In this document: positions 11,871-23,081 of the stretch, in pieces
Layout of the letters: every line of letters starts with the position of its first letter
How positions within the stretch are numbered: the first letter of the stretch is position 1
Assembly (NCBI GenBank): GCA_964035545.1
Contig: OZ037771.1
Coordinates: 11,598,480-11,662,479, forward strand
Source of the DNA: Bugula neritina
Lineage: Eukaryota > Animalia > Bryozoa
Reading direction: 5' to 3'
DNA: 64,000 nt
Position numbers and translations under genes: made by a program
The notes under the pieces: generated by a model
What the model was told of the DNA's origin: nothing
Database searches by the model: none
What the model saw: only the letters and a program-made list of their open reading frames with translations

Positions 11871-14800
11871 ATGGGGGCAAAAAGACTGCTGGAAATATTT
11901 GCCATCACTCAATGGGTGTGCTCATTCCTCTTCCTGGGCTTTACCTGTCTGGGGTTTATGATTTACCTTGGCTTTACCAGGTATGTTGGCTTTACCTGTC
12001 CAGCTTTACCAGGTATGTAAGCTCCAAAGGCTTGCAATTGAGTTACAAGCTATTTGCTCCTGTTAGTTGGAATACAGGGTACAGCCATAGACATCACACA
12101 GAGACTATTATAGTGATAAGAACTCAAATAATTTATACCCTATTATATTGCAGCAGTGAATGGGTAAAATTATGGTTATATAATATCACCCCTTTGCTAT
12201 TTCACTCAATAAAAATACTTTATTGCTATAGCAGCATTACTGCATACAATTCTGGTTATACCAAAATATTACATTTAAAATTATATATTGCTCTTAACAA
12301 TAATTAGAGAGGTTAGAATTACAGCTGAAAAGAGTAAAAACTCATGATATTTTGATTAAAATAACACATGGAAGTTTAAAGTGACATTCTTATAGTGTCT
12401 GCATGTTTTTTTTATTTAGACTGTGGCCCTTTACCTTAGTATATCTGGCATGGTACTTATATGATAGAAAGTCTCCTCACAAAGGAGGGCGCAGAGTAGA
12501 AGCTATTAGACGTTGGAAGGTCTGGGAACATTTCAAAGACTACTTCCCACTAAAGCTAGTAAAAACTTGTGACTTGGATCCAAACAAAAACTACTTATTT
12601 GCATGTCATCCCCATGGAGTACTCTGTGTCAGCCATTTCGGAAACTTTGCTACTGAGGCTACAGGATTTAGCAAACTCTTTCCTGGAATTGATCCTCACC
12701 TGATTGTTCTAGATGGACAGTTCCAGTTCCCTCTGTACAGAGAATACTTTATGACTACAGGTAGTTTAATTTAACTCTTCAGATTAGAAGCTGTTATATA
12801 TTCATCATTGTACTATGTATGTTATGTCATATTGCAAGTTGTATAATATATGTTATAGTATATATATTGTGTACATTACATTATGCATACTGACGTAACA
12901 AAGGCATTTGACCTGGTCAGAAAAATTGATTAATGTTATAAACTTGTATTATACACATGATATATTGCATCACATATAATATCATATTATGTATATTGTA
13001 TTATGTAAATTGAACAATATGACATATTCTGTTTCCCTGAACAGGATAGAGTGTAGATAGGTGAAGATTACATATATAATATTGCATAATGTATATTTAT
13101 ATGCATATGTAATATTATACATGTACACTGTATTATATTTAGTATATTGTGTTATATATAGTATGTTGTATCAATTTATAAAACATAGTATTTTGCACAA
13201 TGCTATGTTATCATATAACAGTGCTTTTCAAAGTATCCTACTATGTTATATTATTGTAAAGTTTATAGACACAAGAATAAATTATGACTGGATACTCTCC
13301 CTAACATCACAATGGCCTTAACTGTGGTTCGAACCAATGACTTTGTGTTTACTAAGCCATAGTTTAGGGTGCAGACCACGTCTGCACCATAAACTATGTT
13401 ATACTATATAGTATATACCAGGGTTGGGGTCAATTACATGTGAATGTAATTAATTACAATTACAATTACATGAAGATTTGTCAATTACAATTACAATTAT
13501 AATTACAGTTAAAAATAAATGTAATTAATTACAATTACAATTACATGGCAATGTAATTAATTACAATTACAATTACTTTTGTTCTCACAAGAAATAAATA
13601 GAAGTCACTTCTAGGGTCTAACTACCAGGGGCAGTTTTGACAGTGGTGAACCTCTTTTATTTTCTACAGTGATACTATAGGGTCATTCCATACCAAATCA
13701 ACCAACTTTCAAGGGGTCCCACGTCTTTGTGTTTCAGATTTTGCTCATATTTACACTGAATGGACCTACACATGTTGAGATTATCATTCGTGAATATTTC
13801 TGGCCTGACACAAAAACATTTTGAGAAATTACTACTTTGGTAAACAAAGGTTGGAAAATATTTTGAGGAAAATTTGTGATTTATACTTTTAGACCAATTT
13901 ATAAGTAATTTAAAATTTGATTAGGCGAGTATTTGAAATTTTTCAAAATTTACAAAGTTTTGTTCATATTCAATGATTTTGCATATATGCACACAAAGTA
14001 TTCTGTAGTATGTATTGCTACTAGTGCAAATTGATAGATATTTTCAAATCACACAGCAAATTTTAAGGCTCAGTCTAGAAAAATGATTGAGATATAGACG
14101 TTTATAGATTAGTCTAAAAGTAGAAATCACAAATTTTCCTCAAAATGTTTCTCAACCTTTGTCTACAAAAGTAGTCAGTTCTCAAAAAAAATTTGTGTCA
14201 GGTCAAAAATACTGAAGAAGAGTACTTGAGGCATGTGTAGGTCTATTTGGTGTAAACATGAACAAAATCTGAGACGCAAATAGACGCGGGCAATTGGGTG
14301 AGTTAGCATGGAATGACCCTATGCTATATTGACCTAACTATCTGAACTTGTTATTTAACAGTAGGCATTGTAGAAAAAGAAGGAGTTTTTAAGATTTAAA
14401 AGTTTGAAGTAATTGACATGTAATTATAAAGTAATTGTAAAAATCAATTACATTAGATATGTAATTAATTACAATTACAATTACAATTACATTTTTAAAC
14501 CTCAATTACAAATTACATTCAATTACTTGAAAAAATGTAATTAATTACAGCCAATTACAATTACAAATTACAATTACCCCAACCCTGGTATATACCACCT
14601 CATTATTTACAGGGTCATGCGGCTGTAACAAGGATAGTCTAGAATATATCCTCAAATCTAAAGGTCAAGGTAATGCTGCCTGTTTAATAGTGGGCGGAGC
14701 TCTGGAAGCTTTAGCTGCACATCCAGGTCACTTTAATCTCAACCTGAATAAAAAGAAGGGCTTCATTAAAAGTGCTATAAGGACAGGGTAAGTCTAACTT

Positions 14801-15587
14801 ATACCAACAGTGAGTATAAGTAAGTATGATTTACATTGAAAGTATTATAAAAAAATTGATTTATAAATACAATTATTCAATTTGAATAACACTTCCAGCA
14901 TAAAGTGTTATTGTTGAGAGATATAGTGAATCTGTTTCAGAGCCAGCATTGTGCCTGTATTCAGTTTTGGTGAAAACAATTTATACAACCAGGCCCCAAA
15001 CCCTATTGGATCAAGACTTCGTCGCTTTCAGATGATGGCCACAACCTATCTTGGCCTTTCTCCACCATTTTTTTATGCTCGAGGCATTGTACCTTACAGC
15101 AAGCCAGTCACAACTGTAGGTAGGTGTGCTATTTTAATCACTGTGACAACTGTGGGTAGGTGAGCTATTTTAATCACTCTGACAACTGTGGGTAGGTGTG
15201 CTATTTTAATCACTGTGACAACTGTGGGTAGGTGCGCTATTTTAATCACTGTGACAACTGTAGGTAGGTGTGCTATGCAAATCACTGAGACTATCATTAC
15301 AGGTCAACTATTACCTATAATAATGAAAGTTGGCAAATAACTTTACAATTGACAAAAAGTCTTCCTTAAGAAGCGTTGCTAAACAAGCAATAAGAATTCC
15401 ATGCCAGTCATTAAAACAATATATGCTTTTAGTTGGTTCACCAATAGAAGTAGACCAGAATAACACACCAACACCTGAAGAGATCAATGAACTTCACACT
15501 AGATATGTTGCAGCTCTCATAGACCTCTTTGAAACTCACAAACATAAATATGGGATAGCTGAAGGAACCCACTTGAACTTGTTTTAA
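11871..15587 (+). CDS. DGAT2/MOGAT-family acyltransferase, copy 3 (5 coding exons, intact)
   Basis: Exons 11871-11980, 12420-12760, 14613-14787, 14941-15119, 15433-15587. Exons 2-5 match copy 2 in size. HPHG present and no stops. Confidence 0.92.
13419..14587. mobile_element. Non-autonomous hAT-type DNA transposon in intron 2 of copy 3
   Basis: TIRs cagggttgggg.../...ccccaaccctg; perfect 8-bp TSD gtatatac (13411-13418, 14588-14595); subterminal (aattac)n arrays at both ends; not seen in the copy 2 intron. Confidence 0.9.
13680..14319. mobile_element. MITE with long imperfect TIRs nested inside the hAT element
   Basis: Ends gggtcattccat / atggaatgaccc flanked by TA; internal arms ~13800-13885 and ~14120-14205 are reverse complements. 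Confidence 0.8.
15107..15286 (+). repeat. 36-bp minisatellite x5 at the exon 4 donor of copy 3
   Basis: Unit gtgacaactgtgggtaggtgtgctattttaatcact, homologous to the copy 2 array. Confidence 0.9.
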
Positions 15588-16899
15588 GAGAACGATACTG
15601 CTTTGAATTCATATTGAGAATTCAAAAATGTATTAAACTTAGAAACTTTCTAAGCCAGTTTAATATTATGAATTATAAAATAATGTATTGGTTTTGTTAG
15701 AAATCAAAATTTAAGTATGCAGCAATATATCATGTTTGTATCAACACTATAAAACGTTTTGCTACTTAATTATGCAAGTATTTTGGTAATCACAGTTTAA
15801 TTTACAATAGCTTATGTATGAGGATAGTCCAATACCAGTTATATAGGGGTAACATAGAGGGGGGTGAGGGGGGGGGGGTGGCAGAGCTGTCATAGGGGTA
15901 CAAAAAGCCAGTTAAATTGTGAGAGAACTTAGTGACTTAGAGTTGTGATTTTTCTTTAATAAAAAGGCAATGACATAATTATTCAACCATTGTAGTTTCA
16001 ACACTTGCAGAGCATACATGTCGAAGAGGCGAGTCAAAAACTGTTTTTACCTACTTTTTGTACATGCCATAAAAACTTTATAACTTTATAACCGGTAACA
16101 AGCCTAGGTTCTACTGATATTGTTGCTTGTCTCTACATTGCTTAACTAGTATATTAGCAAACTCGAAAATAAATTTCTCTTGAACAGCATTTATTTTCAA
16201 CTTGGCCACACTGGGCACAATGGGCTACTTGACTATTGCATCCTGATCACTGTTATTTATTTGTTTGCCCAAAAATATTGTTGAAATCTATAAATCTATA
16301 AATATAGCCATTTCTGACCTTTTTGTAAAATATCAAAGACATCATGGTAAGACTACCAAACTACAAAGTTAAGCTGCCCTAGTATATGCATCTGGTGAGC
16401 TTATAGCTTCGCTATTTTATACATCACACAAAACACTTTGCTGTTGCTATTAATGGATAGTCATGATATTCATTATACATTATATCATTGAGAGAATATA
16501 CATGTATTTGACTAAAATAAATTGTGAGTTGCTCATTTCCTCCCCCTTCCGCACTCCTGCCACAAACTTCAACCACATTAGCTACAGTTCATAGAAAAAA
16601 ATCTACCTGGAATTTTGTAGCACATGAAACTAAAGTTTTTTCTGGTGAAAGTTCCTGTGAAGTAAAAATAGAAAAAAACATTTCTCCTTCTAAACATGAA
16701 TGATAATGGCACCATAGAAATGAGTGATGTGTGTTCGATTTTGCCTCTCCCTGCTATCTGTGGTGGTACAAACTGTACAGCTAAAACATAACTTTCACTG
16801 TATATCTGAAAGAGAATTTATATTTACATGCCTATATTAAAATATATAGATCAGATGCAACAAAATCAGAAAATTTTATCAAGCATATGCAGATCATGT

Positions 16900-19241
16900 C
16901 AATAGATGTGTGAAGTTATGTTCCCTGATGAAGGAATAGAAAGCTGGTATAGAAAGCACTTTACACCTTGTATGTCAGTAAAAGGTAATAAATGATTTCT
17001 ATGTCAGCTAAAATATTTTCAATCATTTTTCTGTTTGCAGAGCATTTCATGATATAAAGATGCAAAAGCTTGATTGACTTAGAAGAAATCCTGTAAAGCA
17101 ATATTGATGAGGACATAAAATGTACAGTTAGTATAAAATTAAACCTCAACCCATGCTTTACATCATACAGAATTAAAGTTATTCTGTGTTAACTAGAATA
17201 TTGTTGCTGTCACTAGAATATAGGGTTGTGTTCCCTGATGAAGGAATATAAAGCTGGTATAGAAAGCACTTTACACTTTGTATATTAGCAAAAAAATGTA
17301 AAATGATTTCTATGTCAGCTAAAATATCTCAATAATTTTTCTAATGGTAGAACCTTTCTAGATATGAAGGTTCAAAAGCTTTAGCAAATTTAAACAAAAT
17401 TTGTAAAGCAATATTGATTAGCTTTAAAAATGGACGACATAAAATATATATACAGTTACAATAGAACCACCACAACCCAATGCAATATATCAGACTGGAT
17501 AGAGGTTTTTCTATGTTAACTTGATTAAGACTGTTGCTCTAACTAAAAATTGGAGTTGTGTTCCCTAATGAAGGAATATATAGATGGAGAATACAAAATA
17601 TACAGTTAGTATAGAACAAGCCTCACCTTGTACTTTCTGTCAGACAAGATTAAAGTTGTTCTATGTTAACTAGAATATATTGTTGTTGTCACTGGAATGT
17701 AGAGTTGTATTCTCTGATGAAAGAATATAAAGCTGGTATGGAAAGTCACAAGCTTTACTAAAACTTAAAACATATTGACAGGCTTTAAGTGTAAACATAA
17801 AATATACAGCTATAGTTAAGATTTATCAAATTTCCATGTATTATATTATAATAAATTAGATTCAAAACTATGCCACTCGTTGATTTCTTAATAATTTTTA
17901 CTAATTTTGATGATGGCCAAGACATCATCTGTAAAATATTTCTTAGCTGTCATACAACCAATAACATTGAAAGGTTTTGAAAATTGAGAATAAAAAATAC
18001 ACAGTTAATATAGACTAGCCCTCACTTTGTACAATTTCTGTCAGACAAGATTAAAGTTATTCTATGTTAACTAAAATATTGTTGCTATTACTAGAAGTTG
18101 AAAATACTTGGTAGGCTAGGATAATTGCAGACATAAAATATACAGTTAATATAGAACTACTCCAACCCAGTGCTCTGTATCAGACTGGATAGAAATTGTT
18201 CTATGCTAACTAAAATATTGTTGTTGTTGTCACTAAAATATAGTGTTGTGTTCCAGATGAAAGAAGGAATAAAAATCTGGAATAAAAAGCACCTTACACT
18301 TTGAAGGTTTGCAAAAATTACCAGATTGTTTCTTTGGCAGCAAAAATGTTTTAAATGATTTTTCTGTTTGTAGATATGAAGATAAACTATTGGAGAATAT
18401 AAAATATATACAGTTAATATAGAACCACCCTAACTCCATGCAATATATCATATGGAATTGAAGTTGTTCTATGCTAACTAGAATGTTATTGTTGTCACTA
18501 GAATAGAGTCGTGTTTTCTGATGAAAGGAATATAAAGCTGGTATAGAAAACACCTTACACCTTGTATGCCAGTAAAAATGTAAAATGATTTCTATGCCAG
18601 CTGAAATTATTTCCGATGAGTTTTCTGTTTGCAAATATGAAGATAGACTATTGGATAGAGTTAGTATAGAACTACACCAACCCTTCATATCAGAAGATAA
18701 TTGAAGTTCTTCTATGTTAACTAAAATATTGTTGTAGTCACTAATGGTGTAAATTTATTTATAAAAAGCACCTTACACTTTGAAGGTTTGCAAAAATTAC
18801 CAGATTGTTTCTTTGGCAGCAAAAATGTTTTAAATGATTTTTCTGTTTGTAGATATGAAGATAAACTATTGGAGAATATAAAATATATACAGTTAATATA
18901 GAACCACCCTAACTCCATGCAATATATCATATGGAATTGAAGTTGTTCTATGCTAACTAGAATGTTATTGTTGTCACTAGAATATAGAGTCGTGTTTTCT
19001 GATGAAAGGAATATAAAGCTGGTATAGAAAACACCTTACACCTTGTATGCCAGTAAAAATGTAAAATGATTTCTATGCCAGCTGAAATTATTTCCGATGA
19101 GTTTTCTGTTTGCAAATATGAAGATAGACTATTGGATAGAGTTAGTATAGAACTACACCAACCCTTCATATCAGAAGATAATTGAAGTTCTTCTATGTTA
19201 ACTAAAATATTGTTGTAGTCACTAATGGTGTAAATTTATTT
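16900..19241. repeat. Degenerate higher-order tandem repeat with a near-exact ~480-bp terminal duplication
   Basis: Recurring blocks ttccctgatgaaggaatataaagctggtatagaaa and tatacagttaatatagaac...ttctatgttaactagaatattgttg. 18282-18760 and 18761-19241 appear identical apart from a 2-nt indel. Confidence 0.85.
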
Positions 19242-19358
19242 ATATGCTATAGCTTAAATATAGGAGCATTTGAAGATATAAAGATCAAGTTTTGAAGCAG
19301 ATATAATAATAATATAAAAGAACAACACAAAGAGGAAGTGGTTAGTGATGTTGCTTAC

Positions 19359-19626
19359 CTGACTAAGATTTAGAAAGCATTTCATTTCGTTTCCAATTTT
19401 GCTTTAGCAGTTCTCGCATAATTCTTTACCAGTACCTTTCTTCCCCCCTGCAAACCCAACCAGCTTAGCTTTGCTTTATGTGTCAAAGTGATCAAGATTC
19501 CAAGTGTTACGGTTCCAGAGTATCTGCTGATGTTGCTGGTGTTTGATTGACACTGAGATTCCCCAGAAAAGCAGCTCTTTATATAGGTGTGGGAAGAGGA
19601 CGACCACTCAGGGGGCTTGTGATTGG
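19359..19626 (-). promoter_or_regulatory. Pol II core promoter (CCAAT, TATA, Inr) plus first exon on the minus strand
   Basis: Minus strand: CCAATC at 19626-19621, TATATAAA starting at 19585, TCAGT initiator with +1 A at 19554 (TATA at -31), exon ending in CAG|GTAAGC at 19359/19358. Confidence 0.6.
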
Positions 19627-22600
19627 ACGCTTAACTACCAACTTAAATGTTCACGCCCAGTTGACTCCTCCACAAAAGCAATCTATTGGTTAATTTATTT
19701 CTTTTAGATCAAATGTGAGTTTTGTCCTTGAAAACAACATAAGCACTTCTTAGAAAATGAAACTGGATAGGGATAACTTATAACATGAAAGCTGATGAAG
19801 ACAAAAGCTTTAATAATATATTTGCTTTTGACTGCCTAAAGTGTTTATGACAGCTACTGCTGCTTTACTAACTAATAAAAGTTTTCCATGCTCCCTTTAC
19901 CAGTTCTTTCATTATATGATACAATCCAGAAATAAGAGTTCTACTAACCCTGGAAATTTCTCACAAATCTACTACATAATGATACACACTTTACAACATG
20001 GGCCAGGGAAATTAATTTAGCATACTATGAGCCTCCTTATTTTTCTCAAGTAAACTCTTGCTGCTAATAGGTATATTTCCTTCTAACGATAATAGAATAG
20101 TAATAAATAAAAAGCAAAACATCAAATAATTTTAATTTCAAGTAATATTTTTTACATTATATGCTGATTTTGTGGTCCAAATACACAGGTTTCAATTATA
20201 ATTGTAGCAGGTTTATAAATATAATTATTCCAAAGATAGTCAGTGAGTAAATTTTCAAAAGTTATATTCTATAAATTATAATTTACTAACAGTTACACAG
20301 ATTTCAATCATTCAATTATCAAAAACAAATAATACTAAGGTTTTATCTAGTATAGCAAGATCATAAGCAGCGTTAGCTTTCACAAATAGTTAGTAAAATT
20401 TCTCCACTACACATCTTTTGATTGTGTTTCCGCTAAAAAAGACACAGTTTTATTAAAATTCTCTCATGCTGTCCATTTTTACACGCTTAAAACAAATAAT
20501 TTTCATGAATTTTCAACTAATTTTAACTTTAGTTGTTGTTTGTTCAGCTTGTACAGAATGACAACATGATTCATATCACACCATGAGTACCTAAGTATTT
20601 TTATAAGAGGGACTTTATGAATTAATGCTTTTAGTTTTATATAAAATATTTGTTTTAGAACTGAAAACAGTAGAGATCTCTACGATGATTAAATTAAGTT
20701 TTACTTTATCTATTTTCCTATTTTTTTAGTTTTGTAGCTTTTTTAGTAAAAATCCTAACAAAAACCTTATCATATAGAAATGAATTTGATGTAATTTGTT
20801 TTTAGTTAGAGCTATGCTATAATTAGCTGCCTGGAGATAAGTTTGTCATGTCTTTATTGGTTAATATATATAGAATTTTAAATGAATTTATGTAGGAGAA
20901 TATTTAATTTTTTATTTCCTATTACGGTAACTTGAGAGCAGCTAGGTTGAGTTCAAGGGTCGGTGGCGAAAAAATTAGTTAGCCTAGCATAATACTTTCT
21001 CAAATATTTAGTGGTAGTCTTTACTCGTAAAATTCTTCAGCCATTTTCACTTCTTTCTTTGTTAATAACTGTTTGCAAATAGTTTACCTTTATTAAAAGC
21101 CCCCTATTTAAAGGATTACCTGTAGAATTTATAACTATAATTTACCTTGTGACCAGAAAGCCAGCTGAGCCAGTTTTGGACAATAAAAGCCTAATGTTTG
21201 ATTTCTAGCTAAAACCGCCTGACAGACATGCCTGGCAGGAGCAACAGTTTTAAGGAAACCTTTAATTATAAGATAGTGAAAATACTAAGTACACAAACTT
21301 TCAGTTTGTACCCAATCTAATTATTACTTATGGGAACTTGGTTATGTAAAGCTTAGCAAATGTCATCCCTACTTTCACTTTTAAACAAACATTACCGGTT
21401 GTACTTAGAAACACCAGACCCAGATAAAAATGGTAGAAAACAGAGATGCAACCACTCTGTGCTTTGTGAAATATGCATGGTGCCCTAAATGATTATAATG
21501 CTTAAGAGTTTTAAAGTCTTATATTTATTATCAATATTGGTGAACATTATTTTTGGCAAAAGTTAAAAATTGTTAACATATCGCACCTACAGTTGACCTT
21601 ATATAAGTCATCATTGTTTTCATATGGCAGTTTGGTAGCTAACAGAAAAATATATAATGGGAATTGTTATACGATTCAAACTGTTTGCTAAGCCGCTGAG
21701 CTAACATTATTTTGCGTTAAAAATAGAATGCACTTCATTGACAGTGTTTTGACTACATTTTGAAAGATTTTTTCTGATTGGAGTGAATGAGAATAACTAA
21801 AGTCGCCTTCAGCATTTCAATAAAATAAATAACATCTATAATGGTGGTTAAATGAAGCATTTTGCCATTTAAATTACACCTTGTGCTACGAAAACACCCA
21901 AGTTATAAAAACAAAATTACTATATTCAGCTATAAAATAGAATTAATATGGATAAAACTTGCTTTTCTAACACAATCCCGTGCATAAATTTTTGAGTTAC
22001 TGCAATTTGGAATTTTTCTGGACACTTAGTGCTAAGCTATTTAATTCATTTCGCAATTACTAAATTTATGTAAAAACTCCTCACTTTTTTTGATCAAGTA
22101 AAATACCATCAGTGTAAGTCTATACAATAAAAATAATAACCACTTATTTTATTAAAAGACTCCATTTGGACTAATTATATGTCATTATAAAATAAATCAA
22201 AGAGATATTTTAAAATTTTGCTTTGGAGTTTAGACCAATTTAGCTATACATTACATTGTATTGTGTCATTGCTATATATTTCATCTGTTTGGGTGTTTAT
22301 TGAGTTATTTTAGTAGAATTGTTAATATTCAGGGTTACTGAGTGTTATTCAACGTAATATCATTAATAAAACTTTCCAACAATTATGTAAAAATAAAAAC
22401 AGAGATAAAGCAATGAAATCAGCATTGAAATTTTTTTAGATACCTATTATAATTTGGCGCTTCTGTGTTTTTTGTTCAGTGGTCGCACTTTCCTAGGTGG
22501 TGTTTGAATGGAAAGATAAGTCATTATAGCTTTTTTGTGTTTCATTGAACTAAAACACCTGGCTATTTATTATAATATTTCAGAGGCACCTCCTTACACC

Positions 22601-23081
22601 AAGGTTACTGTATAATCTCTCAGAGTTAGGGTACAGAGTAGGTCTGGGCTATTTGTTACAACTTTTCATTATGTAGCAGTGAGCTCCTGAGAAAGAAACT
22701 TTTACTTTTACTCTCGAGAAAATAGCCAGAGTGAGAGAAGCAGAGAACCAATGCAAACAAAAGTAAAATGCCAGCACTAAAATTAGGTACACTATAATAA
22801 TGGACACAGTCAGTTCTCAGCTAATAGGTAGGGTATAGAGGTATTTAGTAATGCTGTAATTAGGGGTAAAATAACCAAAGTCTGACTTAAAGATGAAAAG
22901 CAAACTCTACACTGTCGTGTTTTGAGATTGTTGTCTTCTCTTTACTAACACAGTGACATATTTGACTACAAAAAATCAATTATCACACAGCTCCATTCTG
23001 TAAACACCACTTAAAGTTACAGCCATCATTTGAACTTCATTATTTGTGACTGAAACAGAATAGTTGAAAGAAGGCCAAGGC

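Noticed and set aside
13310-13390. Second tRNA-like segment with a GGTTCGAACC B-box
   Set aside because: No recognisable A-box or cloverleaf; too degenerate to call.
18233-19169. Repeated minus-strand ORFs (151, 69, 70 aa)
   Set aside because: They arise from the 480-bp duplication in non-coding repeat DNA.
21224-21233. p53-like half-site AGACATGCCT upstream of the gasdermin-like gene
   Set aside because: Single half-site, expected by chance in 64 kb.
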